Positions 1 through 10,241 of a DNA stretch of 53,475 nucleotides are shown here, in pieces. The notes below the pieces were generated by a model that had not been told where the DNA came from, ran no database searches, and saw only the letters and a list, made by a program, of their open reading frames with translations. The DNA comes from Pedosphaera sp. (lineage in GTDB: Bacteria > Verrucomicrobiota > Verrucomicrobiia > Limisphaerales > F1-12-MAGs170), in the NCBI GenBank assembly GCA_009695275.1, contig SIBF01000004.1, forward strand, positions 1-53,475, given 5' to 3'. The stretch's first letter is position 1. Every line of letters starts with the position of its first letter. The position numbers and the translations under genes were made by a program.

Positions 1-602
1 CCAAGGTCAGGAAAAAGGAGTGGGTCGTTTGAACAGTCTGTCATGCTCGAAATGAAAGCCAGTGCAGTGCCAATCCCTTTGATAAACCTAGCGCAATTGC
101 ACTTTTCTCTCTCCGTTTTCCGCCAGGCTATGATCGATCCGGGCTAGAGACAAGAAATCCGCAGAAAGTGCCGATGAACTCATAGTCGAAACCCAGGGTA
201 ACGCTAGAGCCGCCACCGATTGGCAAGTCTCAAGATGCAAACAACCACTGACGACTGAACTCATCGGACTTTCTGTGGACGAACTACGCACCGACCCGCT
301 TTAAGCAATGTGCGTACCACCAGAGCTTCGGAATTGCGCGCCGCTGAAGTTGTTCTTATGCAATGCAAAGAGAGGCTCACTCCATTCCAAGCAACTCAAC
401 GAGTTTTCAGATTGTAAGAGATACCGACACTTATCGATTGCGGATCAGAAGCTCGAGTTGCCGCAAATGTTGCATTGGCCATGGCTCTTTAGATGCCTTT
501 CGGGGTGGAAAGCATGGTTTGATTCAACACTTTGCTGAGTGCTGAACACCTCGGACACCTTTCTTTTGTCGTCCCATGCAGAGCGAACGAATCCGGGACC
601 AC

Positions 603-2879
603 TCACTCTCTCGTGATCGTCTCGTCGAGATTCAACAACACGCGCGCGACCGTCAGCCATGCCATTGCTCCGTTCGCTTCAGTCTTCTCCTCTTCCGAAA
701 GCAATTGAGCCAGACGCTCGCGCTCGGCCGGAGTGGGCTTGCGCGCCACGCAACATTGAAAGGCGAATTCGATCCTGGCCGCATTATCGCCACCGCGCGC
801 TTGAATCCGCGAGGCCAGACCTTGCGCGAGTTCGACGAACTGCTGGTCGTTCAACAGCGTGAGCGCCTGGAGCGGAGTGTTACTGCGCAGACGCCGGGTG
901 CAGGTGACGTAAGTGTCGGCTGAATCGAACACGGCGAGTGCGGGATGAAGCGTCGTTCGTTGTAGGTGCGTGTAGAGGGCCCGGCGATAGCGGTCGCCGC
1001 CGGTGCTGGGTTTCCATTCGCGCTTGTTCTGAGTGAAGGCATCAATGCCCAGGGGCTGCGGCGGAAAAACGGGCGGACCACCGAGGCGCGGATCCAGGAG
1101 TCCGCTGGCAACAAGGTGGACGTCGCGGATCAATTCAGCGTCGAGACGGAGCCGGTTCTGTCGTGTGAGAAGTTTATTGGAAGAGTCGGCCATTGCCAGT
1201 TCCGGGCGGGATTTGGAAGATTGGCGGTACGTTGTGCTTGTCACGATCAGCCGATGCATCGCCTTCAAACTCCAGCCTCTGGAAACGAACTCGGTCGCAA
1301 GCCAGTCGAGCAACTCAGGATGCGATGGGGGCGTGCCCATGCGTCCGAAATCATTTTCGGTTTCGACCAGGCCCTTGCCAAAATAGACCTGCCACACGCG
1401 GTTCATGATCACGCGTGCTGTGAGTGGATTGTTTTGAGAAACTAACCATTGAGCGAGATCGAGACGGGTGGGCGCGCGGCCTTCAGGCGGCTTCGATCCG
1501 GTCTCGGAACGGGGACCAGTAGAAGCACCCGCGTCCTTCTGCGATTCAGCCTGAAGCGGGCTGCCTCCCCCGCTCCGAAACTCACCGAGCACCACTGGCG
1601 TTCCAGCTTCGACCTTGTCAATCAGGCGCGTGAAATCGCCCTTGACCATCACATGTGTCTCGCGCCGTTTGGAATGTTCTTTCATCACGAGGGCCGTCGG
1701 AACCTTGGGACGTTGCTTCCGCAATTCATCGATCCCTTTGCGCCGCTCTCGGTGGTCTGCGTCTTGATCGCGGAATGCGTTGAATGCGGTCGCAATCTGA
1801 AACTCGTTCCTATCCTTCGCCGGCGCGGCAATGGCGGCGAGCACCTCGGGTTTCAATTTCTTTTTTGCTTCGTCGTCCAGCGCACTTTCCCACGCGGCTT
1901 GCCGGGGCTTGAGTTCCTTTTCGAGCCAGTCGTTGAGTTCCTTTTCGCGGGCTTTCAACTCTTCGCGGTGTTTGGCGAGCGCAGCAAGCTCTTCGGGCGT
2001 GCCCAGATCAAGCGTGTTCTCCGCTTCGAGCGCCGGGCTGCCGTGACCATCGTTCTCCTGTTGATTGAAGAAGGCGAAGAAGCGGTAGTAATCCTTTTGA
2101 GTGAAAGGATCGTACTTGTGATCGTGGCACTGGGCGCAACCGAGTGTGATGCCCAGCCAGACCGTCGCCGTGGTGTTGACGCGATCCATGGCGGATTCGA
2201 TGCGGAACTGCTCGGTGTCGATGCCGCCCTCGTGGTTCACCTGCGTGTTCCGATGGAAACCGGTGGCGACGATGGGATCTGAAGTTTGCGGTTTTGCATC
2301 AGGAGATTCAGATGTGGGCAACAGGTCGCCAGCAAGCTGCCAGATGGTGAACTGATCGAAAGGAAGGTCGGAATTGAGCGCGCGAACAACCCAATCGCGG
2401 TAGGGCCACATGCTGCGCAAGCTGTCTATGCTGTATCCATTCGAATCAGCGTAGCGCGCGGCGTCGAGCCACCAGCGGCCCCACCTCTCCCCGTAATGCG
2501 GCGATCCAAGCAACCGCTCAACAAGACGTTCGTATGCATCCGGCGCGGTGTCCTTCAGGAATAAGTCCACTTCTTCAGGTGAAGGCGGCAAACCCTTCAG
2601 ATCCAGGCAGACACGGCGGAGCAGAGTGAATCGATCCGCTTCTGGCGCTGGAGCAAGGCCGTCGCGTTGCAAGCGTGCATGAATGAAAGCATCAATCGGA
2701 TGACGCGCCGCGCCGGAGCCGGGCCGTGATTCGGGAACCACAGGCTGGACGGGTTTCTGAAACGCCCAGTGGTTGGGCTGGCCGGCGCCAAATTTTTCCA
2801 CCGCAGCATTTGTCACTTCCTGGAGCAACACTGCGATGAGGAGGAAAGTCCACGTCAGGTTCATTTGGATGGTCCTCAT
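603..2879 (-). CDS. PSCyt2/PSD1 (DUF1549/DUF1553) family secreted protein
   Basis: 778-aa ORF with the motif CAQCHDHKYDP and the WxxLxR/DxxRYADSNGY blocks typical of Planctomycete/Verrucomicrobial PSCyt2–PSD1 proteins. A signal-peptide-like segment MRTIQMNLTWTFLLIAVLL supports an internal start. No DUF1501 partner is adjacent; it would lie beyond the window's 5' end. Confidence 0.8.
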   Translation of the reverse strand: MRTIQMNLTWTFLLIAVLLQEVTNAAVEKFGAGQPNHWAFQKPVQPVVPESRPGSGAARHPIDAFIHARLQRDGLAPAPEADRFTLLRRVCLDLKGLPPSPEEVDLFLKDTAPDAYERLVERLLGSPHYGERWGRWWLDAARYADSNGYSIDSLRSMWPYRDWVVRALNSDLPFDQFTIWQLAGDLLPTSESPDAKPQTSDPIVATGFHRNTQVNHEGGIDTEQFRIESAMDRVNTTATVWLGITLGCAQCHDHKYDPFTQKDYYRFFAFFNQQENDGHGSPALEAENTLDLGTPEELAALAKHREELKAREKELNDWLEKELKPRQAAWESALDDEAKKKLKPEVLAAIAAPAKDRNEFQIATAFNAFRDQDADHRERRKGIDELRKQRPKVPTALVMKEHSKRRETHVMVKGDFTRLIDKVEAGTPVVLGEFRSGGGSPLQAESQKDAGASTGPRSETGSKPPEGRAPTRLDLAQWLVSQNNPLTARVIMNRVWQVYFGKGLVETENDFGRMGTPPSHPELLDWLATEFVSRGWSLKAMHRLIVTSTTYRQSSKSRPELAMADSSNKLLTRQNRLRLDAELIRDVHLVASGLLDPRLGGPPVFPPQPLGIDAFTQNKREWKPSTGGDRYRRALYTHLQRTTLHPALAVFDSADTYVTCTRRLRSNTPLQALTLLNDQQFVELAQGLASRIQARGGDNAARIEFAFQCCVARKPTPAERERLAQLLSEEEKTEANGAMAWLTVARVLLNLDETITRE

Positions 2880-3072
2880 GTTAGCACGGCGGAAATTGAA
2901 ACAACAGCGGAATGTCGGAACTTGCAGAGGGGCAAACACTCCACAGCCTTTTTTCCTTGAGGATCAAATGAACGAAGCTTCGGCATATCGAACCACAGTG
3001 TGAGAATCATGTCGGCAACCGTTTTGAGTTCTGCTGCTTTCTTTCAGCGCGATGGGTCCAACATTTTGAAGT

Positions 3073-4569
3073 TCAAACTTCACCGAACTTCCTGCGCAAG
3101 TAATCCAGGTGATACCTCGCCTGCGTAGCCTCGCCAGTTGCCGAGTGCATGAGCTGCGGTGGTTCGAAGCGTTGTCCGTGCTGGTGGACTTTGTTCCGGA
3201 GCCAGCCAAGGAGGCTTGAGTAGTCGCCGTTACCGAGTTGACTCTGAAGGTCCGGGAGGTTGGCGCTGGCACAGTGGAAGAGCTGGGAGGCGTTCAAATT
3301 GCCGAGCGTATAGGTCGGGAAGTAGCCGAAGTTTCCAAAGCTCCAGTGGATGTCCTGCAAACAACCGAGTGCGTCATTCGGCACCTTGAGCCCCATCAGT
3401 TTCTCGAACTCTTCATTCCAGACGTGCGGGACGTCCGCAACTTTGAGGGCGCCTTCAATCAAGCGTGTTTCAATCTCGAAGCGCAGGATGATATGGAGGT
3501 CGTAGGTCACTTCATCCGCTTCGACACGAATGAAAGAAGGTTCAACCCGGTTGACAGCAGCGTGCATCGCCTCGGGAGTGAACCTGGTCAATGAAGGAAA
3601 GTGTTTCGCGGCTCGCGGGAGCCAGTGTTCCCAAAAGGTGCGACTTCGGCCGACGTGGTTTTCCCAGAGGCGCGATTGTGATTCGTGAATGCCGAGCGAG
3701 GCGGCAGATCCGAGCGGCGTGCCGTGGGCCTCACGGCGAATGCCCTGCTCATACATTCCATGTCCCGCCTCGTGGAGGACGCCGTAGAGGGATTCAGTAA
3801 AGTCGGCTTCGTTGTAACGGGTCGTCAGCCGGCAATCGCCGGGACTGATGCCCGAGCAAAAGGGATGGGCCGTGGTGTCGATTCTTCCAGCCTTGAAGTC
3901 GAAGCCGAGTGCTTCGGCCACTTCACGATTGAAGGCTTGTTGAGCGGCGATGAGGTACTGGCCTCGAAGCATATCCGCAGGCAATCGGGCGCTGCGCTCG
4001 CCTGCGATCCGTCCGAGTTCCGCGATGACCGGGCGAAGTTCGCTGAAGAGTTTCTTCAATGCCGCGGCGCGGGCACCGGGTTCATAGGATTCGAGCAACG
4101 CGTCGTAACGGCTTTGTTCGTAACCCCAGCAATCCGCCATCCGGAGGCTCAGTTGCAGAAGTTTTTCGAGATGGGGTTGAAAGATGGGAAACTCGGACTT
4201 CTGTCGTGCCTCAATCCAGGCTTCGCGAGCAAAAGACTGCGCGCGTTGCAGCTCTTCGACGAGTTCAGCGGGCACTTTGGTTTTGCGGTCATAGGCACGG
4301 CGCCATTCACGGACGTTCGCCGCCTCATCAGAGTCGGGTGTGAATCCGTGATCTTCGCAGGCCTTGATCCAATCACCCACTTCCGGCTTCGTGAAAAGGC
4401 GGTGGGTCCATCCACCGAGATGCGCCAGTTGTTCCGCGCGGAACGGCAGGCACTCCGGTGGCATGCAGGTCTCCTGATCCCAGCTCAGGAGCTGGCAGGC
4501 GCTGTCGATAAGACCTATCTCGCGACTTCGGTGAAGGAGGTTTGAATAGGGTTGGGAGGGTTCGGTCAT
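3073..4569 (-). CDS. carboxypeptidase Taq-like (M32 family) metallocarboxypeptidase
   Basis: Carries the HEAGHGMYEQG (HExxH) motif plus the M32 signature blocks HPFC, DxRLTTRY, HESQSRLWEN, IRVEADEVTYDLH and GxLQDIHWS. Start set at the MTEPSQ codon so that it does not overlap the helicase stop. Confidence 0.85.
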   Translation of the reverse strand: MTEPSQPYSNLLHRSREIGLIDSACQLLSWDQETCMPPECLPFRAEQLAHLGGWTHRLFTKPEVGDWIKACEDHGFTPDSDEAANVREWRRAYDRKTKVPAELVEELQRAQSFAREAWIEARQKSEFPIFQPHLEKLLQLSLRMADCWGYEQSRYDALLESYEPGARAAALKKLFSELRPVIAELGRIAGERSARLPADMLRGQYLIAAQQAFNREVAEALGFDFKAGRIDTTAHPFCSGISPGDCRLTTRYNEADFTESLYGVLHEAGHGMYEQGIRREAHGTPLGSAASLGIHESQSRLWENHVGRSRTFWEHWLPRAAKHFPSLTRFTPEAMHAAVNRVEPSFIRVEADEVTYDLHIILRFEIETRLIEGALKVADVPHVWNEEFEKLMGLKVPNDALGCLQDIHWSFGNFGYFPTYTLGNLNASQLFHCASANLPDLQSQLGNGDYSSLLGWLRNKVHQHGQRFEPPQLMHSATGEATQARYHLDYLRRKFGEV

Positions 4570-4577
4570 GGTTGCTT

Positions 4578-6632
4578 TCAATAGCTTCGCAGGTTCCATT
4601 CGTTGAGCAGCTCGGTCGGGAGCTCGCGGAGGAAGCGGGAGGGTTGTTGCATCATGTCACCACCGTAACCCGCTGAGGCACGAATCAGCGGATAGCTCAG
4701 GTAAAGTTCATTCTTCGCCCGTGTCACCGCGACGTAGAACAGCCGCCGTTCCTCCTCTTCGTTTTCGATCCGCTCCAACGAACGCGCAGAGGGAAACATT
4801 CCGTCGCACAGCATGATGAGGAATACGACGGAGAACTCGAGCCCCTTCGCCTGGTGAATCGTCGAGAGCTTGAGTTCTTCGTCATCTTTATTCTTCGGAC
4901 GTTCATCATCGGCTTCGATGTTCGAAAGAAGGGCAAGTTGCGTGAGGAATTCTCCGGCGGTTTTGAATTGCCGCGCAAAGGTCGCGAGTTGATCCAGATC
5001 TTCAAGGCGATTGCGGTAATTGGGAAAGTTCTCCTTGAGGTAATCCTCGTAGTTGGCTTCAACAGCGAGACGAATCACCTCGGCTGCGTTGGAGAAGACT
5101 GGCTCGGAGTCGAGTTGCGCCATGGTGATCGCGAACTGCGCCCACGCGACCGCGGTTTTCTTGCCCACGGCCGAAGAACAACCTTGCAGCGCGGTGCCGA
5201 GAATCGGGCGATGGGGCGGAGGCACTCCTTCCACCGAAGAGGGACGGGCCGGACTCGCCGCTTCAACTTTTGTCAGCTCGCCCAGAAATCTATGCCAGAG
5301 TTTATCCGCGCCCTTGCCGCCGACGCCCGGCAAAAGTCGGACGAGACGTTTGAACGAAAGTTCGTCGCGAGGGTTGTTGACCAGTTTGAGGTAGGCCGCC
5401 ACGTCCTTGACGTGGGCTTGCTCGAAGAACCGGATGCCGCTCGTGATGCTGAAGGGAATGTTGCGGCGGGTAAGTTCCAACTGAAGTTCGAGCGCGTGAA
5501 AGTGAGAGCGATAGAGGACCGCCATGTCGTTCAGACTGGCTCCCTCGTCGCGGAGTTCGAGCGCTCGTTGAGCGACGAAGGCAGCCTGCTCCGCTGCATC
5601 ACCGCAGACAACGAGCGCCGGAACCGGCCCTGTCTTGCGCGCGGGAACGAGCAGCTTGGCGAACTGTTGAACATTGGGCGCGATGGCGGCGTTGGCGAGC
5701 GAGAGGATCTCCGGCGTGCTGCGGTAATTCGTCTCGATCTTATAGACCTTCGCGGTCGGGTAGCGCTTTGGAAACTCAAAGATGTTTTGAAAGTTGGCGC
5801 CGCGCCACGAGTAGATGCTTTGCGAGTCGTCGCCGACAACCATGACGTTATGATGCCGCGCGCCAAGCAGATCAATGATGTCGCTCTGGAGTTTGTTGGT
5901 GTCCTGATACTCATCAACGAGGATGAATTGGAAGCGACGCTGGTAAAGTTCCAGCACGTCAGGAAAATCGTTGAGGAGCTTGAGCCAAAATACAAGAAGG
6001 TCATCGAAGTCCATCACGTTGGTCGATTGCTTTCGCTTTCGGTACTGTGCGTCGATCTGAATGATTTGTTCTGCGATCGGCTGGAAGCTCGAGTAATCCC
6101 CGGCGAGAATTTGCGGGATTGTCCGTTGCGTGTTCACCGCCATTGAAAAGACATCGTTCAACACTTCGGCCTTCGGAAATCGCGTCGCCTTCACATCAAT
6201 CCCGGCGTCATCCATGCAAGCTTTCAAAAGATCCTTGCTGTCCTCTCGATCCAGAATTGTGAAATCGGGCTTGTAACCGAGCTGGTCCGCGTGACGACGG
6301 AGGATTCGGTTGCCGATCGAGTGGAATGTTCCACCCCAGAGCGCCGTGATGTCGTTCCCCAGAATGTCCGTTATTCGTCGCATCATCTCCTTGGCCGCCT
6401 TGTTGGTGAACGTCAGGAGAAGAATACGTTCCGGGGGAATGCCCTGTTCCAGCAGATAGGCAACCCGGTAGGTGAGAGTGCGGGTCTTGCCGGAGCCGGC
6501 GCCGGCGATGACAAGCGATGGCCCCGGAAGAGCGGTGACGGCGGCGTGCTGTTGTGCGTTCAGCTCGCGGGCGTAATCGATTTGCAATTCGACCGGCGCG
6601 CTGAACGGTTGCAGCACATAATCACGAGACAT
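4578..6632 (-). CDS. UvrD/PcrA/Rep family ATP-dependent DNA helicase
   Basis: Walker A motif AGAGSGKTRTLTYRVAYLL, a DEYQDTN motif, and helicase motifs VGDDSQSIYSWRGA, TNYRS and C-terminal QAKGLEFSVVF. Start placed at MSRDYVLQ. Confidence 0.85.
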   Translation of the reverse strand: MSRDYVLQPFSAPVELQIDYARELNAQQHAAVTALPGPSLVIAGAGSGKTRTLTYRVAYLLEQGIPPERILLLTFTNKAAKEMMRRITDILGNDITALWGGTFHSIGNRILRRHADQLGYKPDFTILDREDSKDLLKACMDDAGIDVKATRFPKAEVLNDVFSMAVNTQRTIPQILAGDYSSFQPIAEQIIQIDAQYRKRKQSTNVMDFDDLLVFWLKLLNDFPDVLELYQRRFQFILVDEYQDTNKLQSDIIDLLGARHHNVMVVGDDSQSIYSWRGANFQNIFEFPKRYPTAKVYKIETNYRSTPEILSLANAAIAPNVQQFAKLLVPARKTGPVPALVVCGDAAEQAAFVAQRALELRDEGASLNDMAVLYRSHFHALELQLELTRRNIPFSITSGIRFFEQAHVKDVAAYLKLVNNPRDELSFKRLVRLLPGVGGKGADKLWHRFLGELTKVEAASPARPSSVEGVPPPHRPILGTALQGCSSAVGKKTAVAWAQFAITMAQLDSEPVFSNAAEVIRLAVEANYEDYLKENFPNYRNRLEDLDQLATFARQFKTAGEFLTQLALLSNIEADDERPKNKDDEELKLSTIHQAKGLEFSVVFLIMLCDGMFPSARSLERIENEEEERRLFYVAVTRAKNELYLSYPLIRASAGYGGDMMQQPSRFLRELPTELLNEWNLRSY

Positions 6633-6832
6633 GCCGTTGAAGTTACCGGCACGCGGGGAGAAGGGAAAAGATGAAAAGGCAACTCGATCAGTAATTTCTG
6701 GAGAACTCCGCCATTGACGCTCCGTGATCATTCGGCTTAAGTTCCGCGACGTGATCGTCAGCAGCCATCGATTTACCGGCCTGTTCGTGAACTGGTGCTA
6801 TTACTTTAGCTCCCGTCTCCTGCGCGCCGGGC

Positions 6833-7942
6833 TTGTCTGACCAAAACAATCTGACCCGTGCCGCAGGTGAACCGCCTGCGGCATTTTTTGTTGAGCGCAG
6901 CGCGATTCAAGTAAACCAGAAAAAAGTTATGATCGTAGTTCTCAAACCCAAAATTAGCGCGAAGGAAGAAAAAGCTGTGCTCTCGGAAATCAAAAAACTC
7001 GGGTACAAACCGCACGTCATGCGGGGCGTCGAACGCACGGTGGTCGGTGCCATCGGAGACGAGCGGAAGCACAAGTCTCTCGAAACCCTGACCACATGGT
7101 CCCAGGTCGAGCAGGTCATGCCGGTCCAGAAGCGTTACAAACTCGTCAGCCGCGAGGCGCATAAGGCTAATTCCACCATCAACGTCCGGGGGAATATCGT
7201 GGGCGGGAAGAAATTCCAGGTCATGGCCGGCCCTTGCTCGGTTGAAAGCGAGCAGCAACTTCTGAAGACAGCTCACGCCGTCAAGAAAGCGGGCGCCACA
7301 ATTCTGCGCGGGGGAGCCTTCAAGCCACGCACTTCGCCCTACGAATTCCAGGGCCTCGGCCTCAAGGGACTCAAGTTGCTCGCCAAAGCCAGGAAAGAAA
7401 CGGGCCTCCCGGTCATCACGGAGCTGCTTTCCGAAGACCACGCCGAACTCGTCGCCGAGTACGCGGACATCCTCCAAATCGGCGCCCGCAATGCGCAGAA
7501 CTTTCAATTGCTCATCGCCGCTGCGAAGACAGGCAAGCCAGTGCTGCTCAAGCGCGGCCTCTCGATGAAAATCGAGGAATGGCTGCTCGCCGGCGAATAC
7601 ATCCTCGCCAATGAGAATCCCAACTTGTTCTTCTGCGAGCGCGGCATCCGCACATTCGAGACTTACACTCGCAACACTCTCGATCTCTCGACGATCCCGA
7701 TCATAAAGAAAGAATCCCATTGCCCGATCGTGATCGATCCGAGCCAGGGTGCTGGCCGTGCTGATCTCGTGGTCGCCATGTGCAAGGGCGCCGTTGCAAT
7801 GGGAGCTGACGCACTGCTGATCGAGGTTCATCCGAATCCAGCGGAAGCCTGGAGTGACGGAGCACAGCAGGTGACGCTGGAAGGCTTCGCCAAACTCATG
7901 GAAGAGCTCCAGCCATTCATCACAGCAGCGGGGAGAGAATAG
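6833..7942 (+). CDS. 3-deoxy-7-phosphoheptulonate (DAHP) synthase, type I-beta with N-terminal ferredoxin-like regulatory domain
   Basis: Strong block-wise match to Thermotoga-type DAHP synthase: GPCSVES, LRGGAFKPRTSPY, ILQIGARN, LLKRG, CERGIRTFE and IIDPSQGAG. An extra domain of about 90 aa at the N-terminus. The ORF begins with a TTG start codon, so the true start may be the downstream Met. Confidence 0.8.
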   Translation: MSDQNNLTRAAGEPPAAFFVERSAIQVNQKKVMIVVLKPKISAKEEKAVLSEIKKLGYKPHVMRGVERTVVGAIGDERKHKSLETLTTWSQVEQVMPVQKRYKLVSREAHKANSTINVRGNIVGGKKFQVMAGPCSVESEQQLLKTAHAVKKAGATILRGGAFKPRTSPYEFQGLGLKGLKLLAKARKETGLPVITELLSEDHAELVAEYADILQIGARNAQNFQLLIAAAKTGKPVLLKRGLSMKIEEWLLAGEYILANENPNLFFCERGIRTFETYTRNTLDLSTIPIIKKESHCPIVIDPSQGAGRADLVVAMCKGAVAMGADALLIEVHPNPAEAWSDGAQQVTLEGFAKLMEELQPFITAAGRE

Positions 7943-8293
7943 ACAGGCGTGAGCCGTGACGGTATTTGACTTCAATCTGGAACGTAGAACTTTTCAGAGC
8001 AGTTGGAATGCAGGCCCGGACGAGACTCGCCGACAATTTGTGAATGGCGTGCCTGGGCTCTCCTTCTGAAGTGTCGAGGTTATGCGATGCGAGGAACTCC
8101 CTCTTGCCGCCTGCACGAAGCAAGCTCACCTGCGATCCGGGCATCCTTGCCGGCGGATTCCGATCCCATGCTCAGGCAAGATCCAAGCCTGTGCTGCCAT
8201 ACGAGTTCGGAGGCAATGCCGGGATACACCTGAGTTCAGCCCACGACATGAATGCGTCTTGCGTGCGAACGATGACCAATTAGCCTTCGACGC

Positions 8294-9091
8294 ATGAAAT
8301 CCTTTCTTGCCTGCAACCGGTTGCGCTCAATTTTTCCAACACTTGTTTGTTTGCTCGTGTGCCTGTGGATCAGTGTCGGCAGGCTACCGGGCGCGGATTC
8401 GCCGGTGAATCCCGGCCACCAGCCACAACCCAGGCGGATCGTTGTTCCAAAGTTCAAAAGCAAAATCACCATTGATGGAAATCTCGATGAACGCGTCTGG
8501 AGCAGAGCAGCGGTGCTCAAGCCTTTTGTTCCGAACGATGGTTCCGGAGCGGAGCGGGAAGGCACCGAGGTCCGGCTGTGGTATGACGATCGTGCTCTTT
8601 ATATCGGCTGGATTTGCACCGACCGCGATATTCAGGCCACGTTCACCGCGCGCGACAGCAAGTTTTGGGAGGAGGAAGTGGCCGAGTTTTTCATCACAGC
8701 GGGCGGCCTCGACAAGTATTTCGAGCTGCAATGGAACCCTCTCGGCGGCGTGTTCGACGCCATCATTACCAACGAACTCGACACGCTGGGAGTCTCAAAG
8801 AAATTCACTGGCGACTGGAATTTCACGGCGAAGGGAATGAAGAGCGCAGTGCAGGTGAAAGGCACCGTCGGCAACTCATCCGACATCGACAAATACTGGC
8901 GAGTGGAGGTGATGCTCCCTTTCGCGGATCTGAATCAATCCACGCCGAAGCGCGGTGACGTGTGGCGGGCCAATTTTTACCGGTTTAATCGTGGCAAGGA
9001 TCAGGCCGCCGAATTATTGAGCTGGTCGCCGACGCTGCTGCCGGGTTTCCACCAGCCCAGCCGGTTTGGGTACATCCAGTTCGGAAAGTAA
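8294..9091 (+). CDS. secreted protein, CBM9-/DOMON-like beta-sandwich
   Basis: Signal peptide MKSFLACNRLRSIFPTLVCLLVCLWIS. The motifs WYDDRALYIGW and FELQWNP resemble carbohydrate-binding family 9 folds. Confidence 0.45.
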   Translation: MKSFLACNRLRSIFPTLVCLLVCLWISVGRLPGADSPVNPGHQPQPRRIVVPKFKSKITIDGNLDERVWSRAAVLKPFVPNDGSGAEREGTEVRLWYDDRALYIGWICTDRDIQATFTARDSKFWEEEVAEFFITAGGLDKYFELQWNPLGGVFDAIITNELDTLGVSKKFTGDWNFTAKGMKSAVQVKGTVGNSSDIDKYWRVEVMLPFADLNQSTPKRGDVWRANFYRFNRGKDQAAELLSWSPTLLPGFHQPSRFGYIQFGK

Positions 9092-9174
9092 TCCACTCCT
9101 GACAGTCCACGGAGCATGCCTGAACACGCCTGAAAGGTTTCAAGTGCATGGTTTTCCCGGTGGCTTGCTGATCC

Positions 9175-10110
9175 TCACTTCGCTCGTAGAGGACGGACAA
9201 TTTCCACCGTGCAATGCGCTCGGGCCGAGACCGCCGAGGCGAGCGTTCCCAGGAAGTGTCGATCGCCGTGGTGCAATCCCCGCGCTCCGAGAAACAAGCA
9301 ATCAGCGTTCATCTGCTCGATTTTCTTCAGCAGAACGTGCTTCGGGTCACCCTCGAAAACGTGCGATTCAGCGGGCCAGCCCGCAGCCGAGAGCCGCGCA
9401 GTAAACTTCTTCGCCATGTCGCAGACCCAGTCATCTGAATCACGGAAATGGTCGCTGACCCACTGATCCGCGTCCGGGCTGGGCCAGGCGCCGGCGGCTT
9501 GCAAGCGCGGATCTTTTATGGCTGCCACCATGAACTGAGTGTGGGCGGACCACGCCCGGGACGCAGCCTCCTCGACCGCAATTGCGCTGTCGGTGGATCC
9601 ATCCACCGCCACCATGATCCGCAGCGGCTTGATCACCGCATCTTTTCTGGCCCTCACAACACGGACGCTGCAGGCGGCTTCCGCCACGACACGCTGGCCC
9701 ACGCTTCCAAGAAAGAACCGCTCAAGCACCGATCGTCCATGTGACCCGACGCTGACCAGATCAGCATTCCAATCGACGGCTTTTCCAACAATCGCCCAGC
9801 CCGGTGAATCCGCGCAGATGAAGGGCCTGACAGTCCATGTGGGAAACCTGGCTTGCAACCGCACGCATGCTTCGTCAGCAATTTGACGCATGGACTCGAC
9901 CGCGGTGTTCGCTTGCGCGCGAGCCGCCTTGATGGCGGGAGTTAATGGGATTTTGTCCGCCGGATTACCAGCCTTATCCGATGGCAGCCAAACGTCCGCC
10001 ACGCTGATGACACAGACTTCCAATCGTGCCGGTAATCCCGCCACTGGCAGGTCTTCGAGCACGGATTCGGCACCCGGGGAACCATCATAAGCAATCAAGA
10101 GTCGTTTCAT
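9175..10110 (-). CDS. universal stress protein, tandem UspA domains
   Basis: Two repeats of the Usp fold: MKRLLIAYDGS…VGSHGRSVLERFFLGSV and RIMVAVDGS…LGARGLHHG. Confidence 0.8.
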   Translation of the reverse strand: MKRLLIAYDGSPGAESVLEDLPVAGLPARLEVCVISVADVWLPSDKAGNPADKIPLTPAIKAARAQANTAVESMRQIADEACVRLQARFPTWTVRPFICADSPGWAIVGKAVDWNADLVSVGSHGRSVLERFFLGSVGQRVVAEAACSVRVVRARKDAVIKPLRIMVAVDGSTDSAIAVEEAASRAWSAHTQFMVAAIKDPRLQAAGAWPSPDADQWVSDHFRDSDDWVCDMAKKFTARLSAAGWPAESHVFEGDPKHVLLKKIEQMNADCLFLGARGLHHGDRHFLGTLASAVSARAHCTVEIVRPLRAK

Positions 10111-10241
10111 GGTAGATGATTGATCGGTTCACGTTACGCAAACTCAACTCCACTTGCAATTCCATGGGCGTCTCTTGTTGGGCTCATCCGCAGAGATTGA
10201 TTGCCTATCCTGGCGTCTGATCAGTAACTTCGTGCCATCGC

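Noticed and set aside
1449-2282. 277-aa plus-strand ORF inside the PSD1 gene. Similar long antisense ORFs at 4854–6146, 6806–7975, 28829–30298, 37739–39298, 39886–41277, 42581–43993 and 21588–22301
   Set aside because: Typical antisense ORFs of high-GC DNA. Each overlaps a strongly supported gene on the other strand and shows low-complexity, Arg/Ala/Gly-rich composition.
7943-8293. 350-bp ORF-free spacer after the DAHP synthase gene, considered as possible ncRNA or riboswitch
   Set aside because: No recognisable riboswitch core, no strong terminator or hairpin pattern, and only short overlapping ORFs. Left unannotated.
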